Positions 35,999 through 47,044 of a DNA stretch of 64,000 nt are shown here, piece after piece; the first letter of the stretch is position 1; the number at the start of each line of letters is the position of its first letter. The notes under the pieces were generated by a model that was given only the letters and a program-made list of their open reading frames with translations, did no database searches and had not been told where the DNA came from. Origin of the DNA: an uncultured Planctomycetales bacterium (GTDB lineage: Bacteria > Planctomycetota > Phycisphaerae > UBA1845 > PWPN01); assembly GCA_964653435.1 (NCBI GenBank), contig CAZZFA010000002.1:604-64603 (forward strand). The letters run 5' to 3'. The translations under genes were made by a program, and so were the position numbers.

Positions 35999-37363
35999 CT
36001 ATCCAAGTCCGCCTGTGCTTTCCTCCCCGGCGACCGCGCCCGAAGACGGGCGCCGGCGCAACAGCACCGCTGCGAGAACCAGCACGAGCGCGATCGCGTA
36101 GACGGCGTTTCCGATCACGACCGCCCAGGCGGCACCGGGGCCGCGGAACGAGGGGATCAGGGCCAGCGCGGGGATCAACTGCCCGGCCATCGCCGTGGCG
36201 TTGATGATCGGGTTGACCTGCACCGGCGCGAACTTGATGACGAACGGCCGAACCAGAAACATCAGGACGCCGAACGGCATCGCCCACACGAGAATATCGA
36301 GCAGCCGCGCTGCGCTGGGGCCGAACCCCGGGAAGACGATCTTCAGCAGGAGCGGCCCCGCCACCTTCAGGACGATCGGCAGCCCGACGACGGCCGCGAT
36401 CGTGACGAGAACGCAGTTTGCCTTCGCGGCCCGCGAGAGCGACGCGGTCGAAGTGTAACGGGCCAGCATGTTCAGCAGGAGCACGCTTCCCGATGAAACA
36501 GGCGCCAGCAACAGGTACAGGACGGTCGTAGCGCCGTAAAGGTCGGAGACGTCCGCGAAGGAGTAGCGGCTCAGGATGAGCCGGTTGAGATACTGGCCGG
36601 AGAACAGGAGGATGCTGGCCAGGGTGATGTGGAGCCAGACGGCCTTCAGGACGCGCGCCATATCGCGGTCGTACGACTCGCGGAACCACTCCCGCCGGTG
36701 ACGGCGAAGCACGGCGTACGCGACGAGGTTTCCGGCGGCGTAGCCGCAGGCCAGCCCCACGGCCCCGCCGAGCAGGCGGCCGGCGGAGCCCTCGATCCCC
36801 GCGACCCGCGGATGGCCCCATGTGGAGGTGATGGCGATGCCGACCAGGGTGCCTGTGATTCCCAGCGCCGACGCGCAGGCCGCCTGAAGGCCGCACCACG
36901 CCGTGCTCTCGCGAAAGTGCCGCCGGACACGCAGCTCCGTCAACGTCAGCGAGAGCTGGTTCTCGCCGTACAACGACAGCAGCAGCGGCGCCAGACACGC
37001 CAGCAACGCCCCCGATCGCAGGTGCAGGACGGCCGCTGCCGCCACGCCGGCAAGCCCGATCGCGATCAGGACGCACATCGCCCGGTGGCACATGCGGATC
37101 GCGGTGAAGCAGAATCGGCCGCGCCGTTCGTCCGGGTATTCGGCCATGTGCCGGACCATCGCCGTGGCCAGACCGATCGACGGCGTCGTCCCGAGCATCG
37201 CCGCCGCGCTGAGCGCCGTGACGAACAGACCGAACGGCTCTTTGCCGATCAGATAGGCGCCGATCGGAAACAGGAACAGACGCGTGGCGCCGATGGTAAG
37301 GGCCTGCTCGGCGGCGGCCCAGAACATGTATCCGCTGTAACGCCGGATCGTCGCGATCTGCAT
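35999..37363 (-). CDS. wzx: Polysaccharide/oligosaccharide flippase (MOP superfamily, Wzx-like)
   Basis: In ORF 35999..37417. ATG 37363 (MQIATIRRYSGY...). About 12-14 helices and the N-terminal pattern typical of Wzx-type exporters. Confidence 0.7.
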   Translation of the reverse strand: MQIATIRRYSGYMFWAAAEQALTIGATRLFLFPIGAYLIGKEPFGLFVTALSAAAMLGTTPSIGLATAMVRHMAEYPDERRGRFCFTAIRMCHRAMCVLIAIGLAGVAAAAVLHLRSGALLACLAPLLLSLYGENQLSLTLTELRVRRHFRESTAWCGLQAACASALGITGTLVGIAITSTWGHPRVAGIEGSAGRLLGGAVGLACGYAAGNLVAYAVLRRHRREWFRESYDRDMARVLKAVWLHITLASILLFSGQYLNRLILSRYSFADVSDLYGATTVLYLLLAPVSSGSVLLLNMLARYTSTASLSRAAKANCVLVTIAAVVGLPIVLKVAGPLLLKIVFPGFGPSAARLLDILVWAMPFGVLMFLVRPFVIKFAPVQVNPIINATAMAGQLIPALALIPSFRGPGAAWAVVIGNAVYAIALVLVLAAVLLRRRPSSGAVAGEESTGGLG

Positions 37364-37471
37364 TCTACGTCCGTTCGCGCGGCGCGTGTCCTGGCGGAGA
37401 CGCCGTACCGGCCGCATCGCCGGCGCGCACGCCCCCTGCGACCGCTGTCGAGCCCTTCGAACGCCGTCGGG

Positions 37472-38569
37472 TCAGTTGAACTCCCGGATGCACTGGGCGA
37501 CGTATTGCTGCTGCTCGCCGGTCAGCTCGGGGTAGATCGGCAGGGCCAGTACCTCCCTGGCCGCCGCTTCCGCCACGGGGCATTGGCCTTCGCGGCCGCC
37601 GAGATTCGCGAAGCATTCCTGAATGTGCAGCGGCAAGGGGTAGTAGATCTCCGTGCCGACCTGACGCTCCTCCAGGTGCTTTCGCAAAGCGTCCCGCTTC
37701 TTGCTCCGGATGACGTACTGGTTGAAGATCATCTCGTTGTACGGCCGGACGACGGGCCGCGTGACCGCGGCGCCGTCCAGGAGCCTGTCATACGTGGCCG
37801 CGTTGCGTCGCCGGGCGGCGCTCCAGTCGTTCAGGTGCTTGAGTTTCACCCGCAGAATGGCGGCCTGCAGGGCGTCGAGCCGGAAATTGCCGCCCACGAT
37901 CTTGTGGTAGTACTTCGGCTTCGACCCGTGAGTTCGCAGCAGGGCGCAGCGCTCGCCGAGGGCCGCGTCGTTTGTCGTGATCATCCCGCCGTCGCCGAAG
38001 GCGCCGAGGTTCTTGCTCGGGAAGAACGAGAAGCAGCCGATGTGGCCGATGCTGCCGGCCGGACGGCCGCGATACTTTGCGCTGAGCGCCTGGGCGGCGT
38101 CCTCGATCACGTAGATGTTCCGGCCTTTGACCAGGTCCATGATCGGGTCCATCTCCGCGCACTGGCCGAACAGGTGGACCGGAATGATCGCCTTGGTCTT
38201 CGGCGTGATCAGGCTGCCGAGCTTCGCCGGGTCGATGTTGTAGGTGTCCGGCTCGATGTCCGCGAAGACCGGCCTGGCCCCGAGGCGGCTGACGCAGCCG
38301 GCCGTGGCGAAGAAGGTGAACGTCGGCACGATCACCTCGTCGCCGGGCCCCACGCCGCAGGCCATCAGGGCGCACAGGATGGCATCCGTTCCGCTGCTGA
38401 CGCCGACGGCGTGCGAACACTGCGTGAACGCGGCCACTTCGCTCTCGAGCCCGGTCACCTCCGGGCCCATGATGAAGTGCTGCGATTCGAGCACGCGGTC
38501 GATCGCCGCGCGGATGTCCTTCTCGATCGTCCGGAACTGCGCCTTAAGGTCCAGCAAGGGGACTTTCAT
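37472..38569 (-). CDS. wbpE: DegT/DnrJ/EryC1/StrS aminotransferase (WbpE/WlbC-type 3-oxo-sugar aminotransferase)
   Basis: 365 aa. 'FIMGPEV', 'GTDAILCAL', 'VIEDAAQA' and PLP-Lys '[15 protein letters not shown]'. ATGA-coupled to the acetyltransferase gene upstream. Confidence 0.85.
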   Translation of the reverse strand: MKVPLLDLKAQFRTIEKDIRAAIDRVLESQHFIMGPEVTGLESEVAAFTQCSHAVGVSSGTDAILCALMACGVGPGDEVIVPTFTFFATAGCVSRLGARPVFADIEPDTYNIDPAKLGSLITPKTKAIIPVHLFGQCAEMDPIMDLVKGRNIYVIEDAAQALSAKYRGRPAGSIGHIGCFSFFPSKNLGAFGDGGMITTNDAALGERCALLRTHGSKPKYYHKIVGGNFRLDALQAAILRVKLKHLNDWSAARRRNAATYDRLLDGAAVTRPVVRPYNEMIFNQYVIRSKKRDALRKHLEERQVGTEIYYPLPLHIQECFANLGGREGQCPVAEAAAREVLALPIYPELTGEQQQYVAQCIREFN

Positions 38570-39150
38570 GGTTCCACCAGTTCAATGCGGTCCTTCGCGA
38601 CGCGGCGGTATCGCTGGCCGGTGGCCGGACAGACGGCCTCGTCGCCGGTACCAAAGTTCAGTCGTTCACCGTGTTGACTCATCCAGCCCGCGATCCGCGC
38701 GGGCACGCCGACGACCATTGCGTACGGCGGGATGTCGCCCTTGACCACCGCGCCGGCGCCGACGAAGGCGTACTCGCCGAGCGTGCTGCCGCAGATAATC
38801 GTGGCGTTCGCGCCGATCGTCGCCCCGCGTCGGACGCGCGTGGTCATGTACTCTTCCTTCCGGGAGACGGCACTCCGCGGGTTCATCACGTTCGTGAAGA
38901 CCATGCTCGGCCCGCAGAAGACGTCGTCCTCGATCTCGACACAGTCGTAGATCGAGACATTGTTCTGCACTTTCACGTTGTTGCCGAGGCGGGCCCGGCT
39001 CGCCACGAAGACGTTCTGGCCGAGCGAACAGCGCTCGCCGATCACCGCGCCCTTCATCACGTGGCAGAAGTGCCAGATTCTGGTTCCGGCGCCGATCACG
39101 GCGCCTTCGTCCACGATCGCGGTAGGGTGAACATACACCGAGTCGTTCAT
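38566..39150 (-). CDS. wbpD: Left-handed beta-helix N-acetyltransferase (WbpD/WlbB-type)
   Basis: Last 194 aa of ORF 38566..40089. '[25 protein letters not shown]...GQNVFV...[11 protein letters not shown]...[13 protein letters not shown]...[12 protein letters not shown]'. ATGA overlaps at both ends (38566-38569 and 39147-39150). Confidence 0.85.
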   Translation of the reverse strand: MNDSVYVHPTAIVDEGAVIGAGTRIWHFCHVMKGAVIGERCSLGQNVFVASRARLGNNVKVQNNVSIYDCVEIEDDVFCGPSMVFTNVMNPRSAVSRKEEYMTTRVRRGATIGANATIICGSTLGEYAFVGAGAVVKGDIPPYAMVVGVPARIAGWMSQHGERLNFGTGDEAVCPATGQRYRRVAKDRIELVEP

Positions 39151-40172
39151 GTTGCACCTTTCTGGATCTCGACGGGCTTTCCGCCGAGCCGAATGGATTC
39201 GCCGCCGGCCTCCAGCACGCGCACCACCCGCACGCCGTCCGCCCCGTCCGTGCGGATCGGCTTGTCGTCGAGGACGCAATCGACGAAGTGCTGCGCCTCG
39301 ATCTGCAGCGGCTCGTTCGCCGGAACGCGCGGGATCAGGATATCGCCCGAGCGGATCGCGATCGACCGGGCGTAGTTCTCGTAACCCTCCTTCACGTCGG
39401 CGCCCTTGTCGTAAATGCGGATCTTCTCGGAGGCGTCCATGTCGTCGAACGTTACCATCCGCTGCGTGCCCACGACGGTCATCTTGCGGATCTTGTGCGG
39501 ATCGAGCCAGCTCACGTGGATGTGCGCGATCTTGCCGTCGGCGAAGCGGAGCATCGCAAAGACGACGTCCTCGACGCCTTTCTGGAGATAGCACTGGCCG
39601 AATGCGCTGACGGCGACCGGCTGGGCGTCGAACAGGTGGCAGATCACCGACACGTCGTGCGGGGCCAGCGACCACCATGCGTTCTCGTCCTGCCGCACGA
39701 CTCCGAGGTTCACACGCTGCGTGTACATGTAGTACACGCCGCCCAGCTCTCCGCGGACGATCATCTCGCGGAGCTTCTCGACGCACGTGTGGTAGAGAAG
39801 CAGGTGGCCGACCATCAGCTTGCGGCTGTTCTTCTCCGCCAGCGCGACCAGGGCCTCCGCGTCGCGCGTGGACAGGCACAGCGGCTTCTCCACGTACACG
39901 TGCTTGCCGGCCGTGAGCGCCCTGGCGGCCAGCTCGTAGTGCGTGGTCGCCTTCGTGGCGATAACCACGGCGTCGACGTCCCCGCCCAGCACCTGGTCGA
40001 AATCGATCGTCGCCCGGGCGTTCGGTACCGTGGCCGCCTGCTTCGCGAGCGTCTTCTCGTCGACGTCGCAGATCCAGGACACCGTGCAACGCCGGGCGTG
40101 AGCGAAGTTCCGCAGCAGGTTGCGTCCCCAGTTGCCCACACCTACGACCGCCGTCCGCAAACAGTCCGCCAT
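39147..40172 (-). CDS. wbpB: Gfo/Idh/MocA oxidoreductase (WbpB/WlbA-type UDP-sugar 3-dehydrogenase)
   Basis: 341 aa. '[10 protein letters not shown]' Rossmann motif, 'KHVYVEKPL', and gene order with the WbpD and WbpE homologues. Confidence 0.8.
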   Translation of the reverse strand: MADCLRTAVVGVGNWGRNLLRNFAHARRCTVSWICDVDEKTLAKQAATVPNARATIDFDQVLGGDVDAVVIATKATTHYELAARALTAGKHVYVEKPLCLSTRDAEALVALAEKNSRKLMVGHLLLYHTCVEKLREMIVRGELGGVYYMYTQRVNLGVVRQDENAWWSLAPHDVSVICHLFDAQPVAVSAFGQCYLQKGVEDVVFAMLRFADGKIAHIHVSWLDPHKIRKMTVVGTQRMVTFDDMDASEKIRIYDKGADVKEGYENYARSIAIRSGDILIPRVPANEPLQIEAQHFVDCVLDDKPIRTDGADGVRVVRVLEAGGESIRLGGKPVEIQKGAT

Positions 40173-40524
40173 GAGTTGCTTACTCCGTCGTTACCCGGCT
40201 GCTGTCCCCCCGGGGGAAAACACTTTGGTCCGGCATTCTACGGCCGTTGTCCCCGCGTGTACAACCCGCTCCTCCGGCCGGGCATCGCGATATTTCCGGG
40301 CGTTCGCCCGCCTCTCCCGTGCATGGGCCGCTACGGGTGCGTCCCCGGGGCCCGCATCCGTACAGTGCGTACGTCCCGCGCACAGCCTGTTGCCGGGACG
40401 CGGCGCGGCCGGCCCCGTCTCGCCGGCGGCCATCGGTACATCGGTAACCTGTACGCACGGATTAAGGTTGCCGACCTGCTCACTCGCTGTTTACGTCGAT
40501 CGGCGGCGGCGGGTTCGCCGTTGC

Positions 40525-41538
<1,014 letters not shown>

Positions 41539-41669
41539 GATTCCACCTGTGTTTACGAAAGATGCCCTCGCGGCACGGCAGTCGATAATCGCATCATGGT
41601 AACGCCCTCGGGCGCGAACGTGTAGGGCCGGCGGCGGCGGGCTTTACAGCGCGGACCGCCCGGCGGACA

Positions 41670-42854
41670 ATGCAGAGCGGTATGATTGCCGACGGGCTCG
41701 ATTCGATGCATCCGCCATGGGCGGACTGGTGGCAGTTGCTGCGGCAATTCGCCTGGCAGTACTGGCCTGTGGCGGCGTGTTCGTTCGGCGTGGCCGTGGC
41801 CGCGACGCCGATCTGCCGCGCCGTCGCGCGGGCCAGAAAGATCGTGGACCGCCCGGACGACTTTCTCAAACCCCACAAGAAGCCGATCCCCTACCTCGGC
41901 GGCGTGGCGATTTTCCTCGGTTGGGCGGCGGGGATCGCGGCGGCCGTCGCGCTGAAGCGGTTTCCCATCGAGCCCGGTGTCATGTGGGGCATTCTGGCGG
42001 CGGGCCTGGCGATCATGCTTGTCGGCCTGTTCGACGACATCCGGATGATGCGGCCGCACGTCAAGCTTGCGCTGAACATCGCGGTCGGCCTGTTTCTCCT
42101 GTGGCTCGGCATCGGGCGGAACGTCTTCGGTGTGATCATTCAGGCGACGGTCCTGAGGGATGACCCGTCCGTGCACTGGCTGGAGTTGTTCTTCTCGATT
42201 CCGTTCGGGCTGTTCATCGTGGTGGGGGCGTGCAACGCGACGAATCTCATCGACGGCCTGGACGGTCTCTGCGGGGGCGTGCTGGGGATCATTTCGATCG
42301 GGTTCTTCGTGCTGGCCGCGCACATGGCCTGCTGGAGACCGGACCAGGCCATCACCCACGAACGGGTCGTGCTCTCGCTGGCGATGCTGGGGGCCGCCGT
42401 GGGCTTCCTCCCGTACAACCGCAATCCGGCGTCGATCTTCATGGGCGATGCGGGCTCCATGCTCCTGGGCCTGAATGCCGCCGTGCTCATCATGATGTTC
42501 TGCGAGCCGGGCCGTCTCCGGTGGATGCTGGGAGCGATCGTGGTGTTCGGGCTGCCGATTGCCGATATGACGCTGACGTTGCTGCGGCGGTGGCGCAATG
42601 CGCAGCCCCTGATGATCGGCGACCGCAGCCACTTTTATGACCAGTTGGTGGACCGCGGGTACAGCGTGCGCCAGGTCGTCGCCATCAGCTACGCGCTGGC
42701 CTTTGCGTTCGCGGCCATCGGCGTCGTGACGGCGCTTTTCGTCCGAACCCGGTATGCGATCGTGGTGTACGGAGCCGTCTTCATCGTGGTCGTCTGGGCG
42801 GTCTGGAAGTTTCGCATGGTGGAGTTGATGCCGCCTCATTCGCGACGCGAATGA
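41670..42854 (+). CDS. Polyprenyl-phosphate HexNAc-1-phosphate transferase (MraY/WecA family initiating transferase)
   Basis: 394 aa. 'IPYLGGVAIF', 'FDDI', 'NATNLIDGLDGL' and 'IFMGDAGSMLLG' are MraY/WecA-family motifs. Confidence 0.9.
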   Translation: MQSGMIADGLDSMHPPWADWWQLLRQFAWQYWPVAACSFGVAVAATPICRAVARARKIVDRPDDFLKPHKKPIPYLGGVAIFLGWAAGIAAAVALKRFPIEPGVMWGILAAGLAIMLVGLFDDIRMMRPHVKLALNIAVGLFLLWLGIGRNVFGVIIQATVLRDDPSVHWLELFFSIPFGLFIVVGACNATNLIDGLDGLCGGVLGIISIGFFVLAAHMACWRPDQAITHERVVLSLAMLGAAVGFLPYNRNPASIFMGDAGSMLLGLNAAVLIMMFCEPGRLRWMLGAIVVFGLPIADMTLTLLRRWRNAQPLMIGDRSHFYDQLVDRGYSVRQVVAISYALAFAFAAIGVVTALFVRTRYAIVVYGAVFIVVVWAVWKFRMVELMPPHSRRE

Positions 42855-43813
42855 CGGGGAGCGGCAAACAGGGATCGGGGGGAAGGGGGCAACGGGTGAG
42901 TCAGCACATGAGCACCGAACCGCACGATACCACGCCGTGCACTCCCGCCGTCGATTCCGTCGCCGCCGCGTCGGGTGGTCTTGCGCCGGGCGACGAGTTG
43001 CTCGCGGCCCGGCGGCGGTGGTTCGCGAGCTTTCCTGAAGGGCCGCTCGAGTTTGTCGCGGCGGTCCGAATCGTCTGGATCCTGGGCGTGTTCGCCGCGC
43101 CCGTCGTCGGGGGATTTCTTCGCACCTACGCGGCGATTGTGATATCGCTGCTCCTGCTGGCCGACGCGGGCCTGACGATATGGTGGCTCACCACCCTGGC
43201 GGCGGATCACGGCGTCTGGCTGCGCGGTCGCCCGCTGGATCCCGCGCGAGGCGGCAGGCCCCCGATCGGGCCTGCTGCGGGGGTAGTCCTGTCGCAGGGG
43301 CTTCTGTTCCTCTTCGGAGTGACGTTCCTGAGCCTTCCGATCGAGGCGGTACGGCAGCACCCGGGGGTAATCGCGACGATCCGCTGGATCGTCTTCGCGG
43401 CGTTTCTGGCGTCGGTGCCGCTGCTGTTGGCGGCGTGTCGGTCGGCGGGGCTGGGCGGCCGGCGGTCGGTGATCCTGCTGGCCGTGCCGTTCCTGTACTG
43501 GTGGACCGTTCGGCGGTTCGCCGCGGACCTCGCCGCGGACTTCGCCGGGCAGGCAGCGCAACGGTTGGGCAGGGATTCGGACTTCTCTCGTGCTGCCTTC
43601 ATCGTGGCCGACGTCCTCTGGGCGATTCTGGTCCTGATTGTGGCCGTCAATCTGTCGATGGGCGGAATCTGGGCGGGCCTGACGTTCCGGGGGCTTTGCA
43701 GCGGGTCAATCATCGCGGTCGCCGCCGTTGCCGATGTGGCGGCCGTGGAGACCGCGCAGCACGCCTACCTCACGTATCTCCGTGCGGCTTCGCGGCCGGC
43801 GCGATCGGCATAA
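42851..43813 (+). CDS. Polytopic membrane protein of unknown function
   Basis: 320 aa with about 7 hydrophobic helices after a polar ~60 aa N-terminus. ATGA overlap (42851-42854) with the initiating transferase gene. Confidence 0.6.
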   Translation: MTGSGKQGSGGRGQRVSQHMSTEPHDTTPCTPAVDSVAAASGGLAPGDELLAARRRWFASFPEGPLEFVAAVRIVWILGVFAAPVVGGFLRTYAAIVISLLLLADAGLTIWWLTTLAADHGVWLRGRPLDPARGGRPPIGPAAGVVLSQGLLFLFGVTFLSLPIEAVRQHPGVIATIRWIVFAAFLASVPLLLAACRSAGLGGRRSVILLAVPFLYWWTVRRFAADLAADFAGQAAQRLGRDSDFSRAAFIVADVLWAILVLIVAVNLSMGGIWAGLTFRGLCSGSIIAVAAVADVAAVETAQHAYLTYLRAASRPARSA

Positions 43814-43859
43814 CGCTGCGGCGAGCGGCGGGGCATGCCGCCGTGAGGTCCACACGATT

Positions 43860-43888
43860 CGCGTGCCTCGCGTTCGTCCGGGCACGCG
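43860..43888. terminator. Candidate stem-loop between convergent genes
   Basis: CGCGTGCC (43860-43867) pairs with GGCACGCG (43881-43888) around a 13-nt loop. It lies between the stops at 43813(+) and 43902(-). Confidence 0.3.
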
Positions 43889-43901
43889 CGGCGAAAGCAC
43901 A

Positions 43902-45122
43902 TCACAGGCGCAGTTCGATCACATCGCCCGCGCTGTATGATCGAAGCAGATCCGGAACCACCTCGACGCCCCATCCGTGGCCGGAGAGCGGCCGGACGCG
44001 GCCCCCGTAACCGAAGCGCTGCGACCGGCGGACCACATCGCCGCGAAGCAGGAACTTGCCGTAGCTGCCCTCGGCGAAGGTCGCACCGGGCACGTATTCA
44101 AGGAATCGCCGTCCCGCGGCGGAAAGGATGCTCGTTTCACCGACCAGGCATCCGAGCTGAAAGGTCAACCGCCGTTGCCTTGCGAGGCCCGCCAGACGCA
44201 TTGCCGGAAGCAGGCCGCCGTTCTTGCTGATGCGGATGTTCATGGCGTCCATGAGACCCCCGGCGATCAGCCGTTCGGCGTCCTCGAACGTCAGGAGCGA
44301 TTCATCCTGCATGATCGGGATTGTCGTGACGCGCCGAAGCTCGGGAATCCGCTGCTCCTGTCCGCGGGGGAGAGGCTGCTCGATGCATGCGATCGGCAGC
44401 GAGGACCACGCCTTCAGGCGTGCCGCGGCCGCCTCGACCGTCCAGCCGCCGTTGGCATCGAGCCGCAGCGTGGTCCGCCGGCCGAGCGACGACCCGAGTG
44501 CCTCGACCGCGGCCCGAACACGCTCGTCGTCGTCGTCAAAGCCGACCTTGAGCTTGAAGTCACGGAGGCCGAACCATCGCATCTTGCGCACGGATCCGCG
44601 CAGTGCCGTCGGGGCTTCGGCGGAGAGCACGCCGCTGTAGCGGACCCGCCCCACGCTGCCCGGCGGCCCGAAGCCGGGCAGACCCAGCCACCCGGCCGCC
44701 TCGGACAGGCTTCGCCGGAAGTGCCGGCTGTACGCATCGAGCAGGGCCAGCTCGAGCCCCGCCCTTGCCGCAAGAATGAGCCGGCCGTCCTTCGCCCGCT
44801 GCGGCAGCGAGTCGATGAGCTCGATCGCGGCGGCGAAGCTGTCCGGGCACCATCGCTCCATCCCCGGCATCAGGCGGGTGTGAATCGCCTCGATCACCGA
44901 CGCGGGCGTCTCGCCGGTGACGTAGGGCCGCGGGAGCGTCTCCCCGTATCCCACCAGGCCGTTGCGGAGTTCGACAGCCACCACAAGGGGGTCGGCCGTC
45001 CGCCGCTCGGCGGCGGCATGAGAGAACGCCCGCTTGAGGGGGATCGCCAGCGGGTACAAACGCACGCACTGAATCTGCGAGAGAACCAAGCCCGCGCTCC
45101 GTCCGGAAAGACTCGCGATCAT
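43902..45122 (-). CDS. Enolase-superfamily enzyme (mandelate racemase/muconate lactonizing, dipeptide-epimerase-like)
   Basis: In ORF 43902..45236. ATG 45122. 'FKLKVG' (KxK), 'RLDANGGW', 'IEQP', 'MQDES' and 'IRISKNGG' fit the MLE-subgroup catalytic and metal ligands. Confidence 0.8.
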   Translation of the reverse strand: MIASLSGRSAGLVLSQIQCVRLYPLAIPLKRAFSHAAAERRTADPLVVAVELRNGLVGYGETLPRPYVTGETPASVIEAIHTRLMPGMERWCPDSFAAAIELIDSLPQRAKDGRLILAARAGLELALLDAYSRHFRRSLSEAAGWLGLPGFGPPGSVGRVRYSGVLSAEAPTALRGSVRKMRWFGLRDFKLKVGFDDDDERVRAAVEALGSSLGRRTTLRLDANGGWTVEAAAARLKAWSSLPIACIEQPLPRGQEQRIPELRRVTTIPIMQDESLLTFEDAERLIAGGLMDAMNIRISKNGGLLPAMRLAGLARQRRLTFQLGCLVGETSILSAAGRRFLEYVPGATFAEGSYGKFLLRGDVVRRSQRFGYGGRVRPLSGHGWGVEVVPDLLRSYSAGDVIELRL

Positions 45123-45187
45123 CTTACGGTTGCGCCGGCCGGTCCGCCATCGGTCGCAGCGTGTGACAGGGCGGTGCGGCGGCGGGA

Positions 45188-45736
45188 TCAGCCCAGACGC
45201 GGCAGGTCCGGCCGATTCGCGCGGTATTGCTCCCAACCCTTGCGGACAAGCCCCAGGCCGAAGACGCAGAACTCGAACTGCTCGCTGAGCCGGCGCAGGA
45301 CGGCCGCAGGGGGCTGACTGTCACGGCGGCTCAGGTCGGAGGCGATGGCATACGAGCGTTTGCCCTGGCGCAGGTAATCAATGAGGTGATCCTTGCGCGC
45401 GGGGCCGCGAAGCTGTCGCAACCCCTCGGGATAGACGCCCGTCCAGAACAGCGTGAAGTCGCCGATGTGCTTGTGCACCAGACGATCGCGATCGGCGCGC
45501 TCGATCGGGGCGTCAAGGGCGGCCTCGGCGGCCATGTCGGCGACCTCCTCGATGCGGCGGCCTTTGGCGTCGTGGAGGCAGAAAATCCGGTCCATATGCA
45601 CGAATTCGACCAGCAGGTCGGACAGGTAGCCGGTAATATCCGGCTCGCACAGGCCCATGTCGGCGTAAAAAACGTGTTCCACAAGCCCCGCAAACAGCCG
45701 GCGGAGCGGATGCGATTCAGGCACCCCGGTCATCAT
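45188..45736 (-). CDS. Hypothetical protein
   Basis: In ORF 45188..45805. ATGATG at 45731-45736 is preceded by GGAG. Composition is balanced. No domain recognised. Confidence 0.6.
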   Translation of the reverse strand: MMTGVPESHPLRRLFAGLVEHVFYADMGLCEPDITGYLSDLLVEFVHMDRIFCLHDAKGRRIEEVADMAAEAALDAPIERADRDRLVHKHIGDFTLFWTGVYPEGLRQLRGPARKDHLIDYLRQGKRSYAIASDLSRRDSQPPAAVLRRLSEQFEFCVFGLGLVRKGWEQYRANRPDLPRLG

Positions 45737-45916
45737 TACAGACTCCACATCCGGGAACAGTGTGTTCCCGGGGCACTCTCCTTTGCCCCGTTTGATTCTA
45801 CGCACTTGTCCCCGGCTCAGGCAAGGACATGGTGCGTCAGATCGTCTCCGTAAAAAACCATGCGGCGCCGTGCGGAGGCCGCACAGCGCCGCCTGTTGTG
45901 TTGGATTCCGGAACCG

Positions 45917-47044
45917 CTACCTGGCCGCCGCAGGTGCGGTGGCCGGCGGTTGCGACTTGCCCTCGGCGGGCTCGGTTGCCTTCCGGCCGCCCTGGTCCTC
46001 GCGCATCCGCTCCCGGAGCGATTCCAGGCGGGCCTTCTCCTTCTGCTCGAACGCCGCCTTCTGTTCCTTCGTCGGGATCTGCTCGAGCCGCTGCTTGAAC
46101 TCGTTGAAAATGCCCTCCGCGATCGGCTTCTCGAGTTCCTTCTTCCGGTCGCGAAGCTGCTCAAGCGACTTCTGCGCGGCCTGGAGCGACTCCTTCGTCG
46201 TCTCCTCTTTTGACCGCGACTCCCGGAGCTCCTTCATCTTCGCGGCGATCTCCTCGAACTCCGCCTTGTGCTTCTCGCGATAGGCGTTCGCCCGGTCACG
46301 GCACTCCCGCAGCACCGATTGGGCCGTTTCCTTCTGGCTCGCGTCCAGGCCGTATCGCACGCTGAACATGCGGACATACATCTCCCACGTGTCTTCCGGC
46401 TTCGCATCCGTCCAGGGCTCGCCGATCTGTCCTTGGCGGGAGCCGGCCGGCGTGAAGTCCGCCGGCTGGATGTCTCCCTTGCCCCAGCGGTCCAGTCGCT
46501 CCTCCATGATCTTGAACTGCTTCTCCAGCATCTCCATGTCGGCGTCATGGCGCTTGCGCTGCGACTCGTTCAGGATCTCGTGCCATTCCTTGTTGCCCTC
46601 CAGGATGGCCTTGCGGGCGTCCCGGAAGATCGGCTTACCCATCTCCGACCATTGCTTGGCCGTCTCGCTCGGCGGGAGCTGCCGCCGCTGCTGGAACTCC
46701 AGCATCTCGAACATCAGCGTTCGCAGATCCGTCTCGTGGTCCTTCAGAAACTCCTTTACGCGCTTGGTCAGCAGTTTGCGCGTGTATTCCTCCTGATCCG
46801 GGCTCAGGTTGTACTGCCGCGTCAGTGCCCGGACATAGATGTCCATCATCAGTTCCGGGTTCCACACCGGCGCACGGTTTGCACTCGGCCGGTCCGGCTG
46901 GGCCGGAGCCTGTCCGAATGCTGCCGTATGCAGCCCTGCCGCCGCTGTCAAAGCCGCCACCATCCACCACGGTCGCACTTGCCGATACAACTCGTATACT
47001 CCTCTCAGATTCGCCCAGACCCATCCGGTCCTACGGAACCGCAC
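45917..47044 (-). CDS. Periplasmic LTXXQ-motif (Spy/CpxP-like) helical repeat protein
   Basis: 375 aa. Signal-like 'RQVRPWWMVAALTAAAGLHTAAFG'. Repeated 'LSPDQ', 'LDASQ' and 'IPTKEQ' motifs lie in Lys/Glu-rich helices. The alternative TTG start at 46990 has GAGGAG 8 nt upstream. Confidence 0.7.
   Translation of the reverse strand: MRFRRTGWVWANLRGVYELYRQVRPWWMVAALTAAAGLHTAAFGQAPAQPDRPSANRAPVWNPELMMDIYVRALTRQYNLSPDQEEYTRKLLTKRVKEFLKDHETDLRTLMFEMLEFQQRRQLPPSETAKQWSEMGKPIFRDARKAILEGNKEWHEILNESQRKRHDADMEMLEKQFKIMEERLDRWGKGDIQPADFTPAGSRQGQIGEPWTDAKPEDTWEMYVRMFSVRYGLDASQKETAQSVLRECRDRANAYREKHKAEFEEIAAKMKELRESRSKEETTKESLQAAQKSLEQLRDRKKELEKPIAEGIFNEFKQRLEQIPTKEQKAAFEQKEKARLESLRERMREDQGGRKATEPAEGKSQPPATAPAAAR

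Noticed and set aside
38566-40089. 507-aa ORF spanning the acetyltransferase and the oxidoreductase region
   Set aside because: Only the last 194 aa (from ATG 39150) match the LbH acetyltransferase. The N-terminal part is Arg/Gly-rich and lies out of frame over the well-supported Gfo/Idh/MocA gene 39147-40172.
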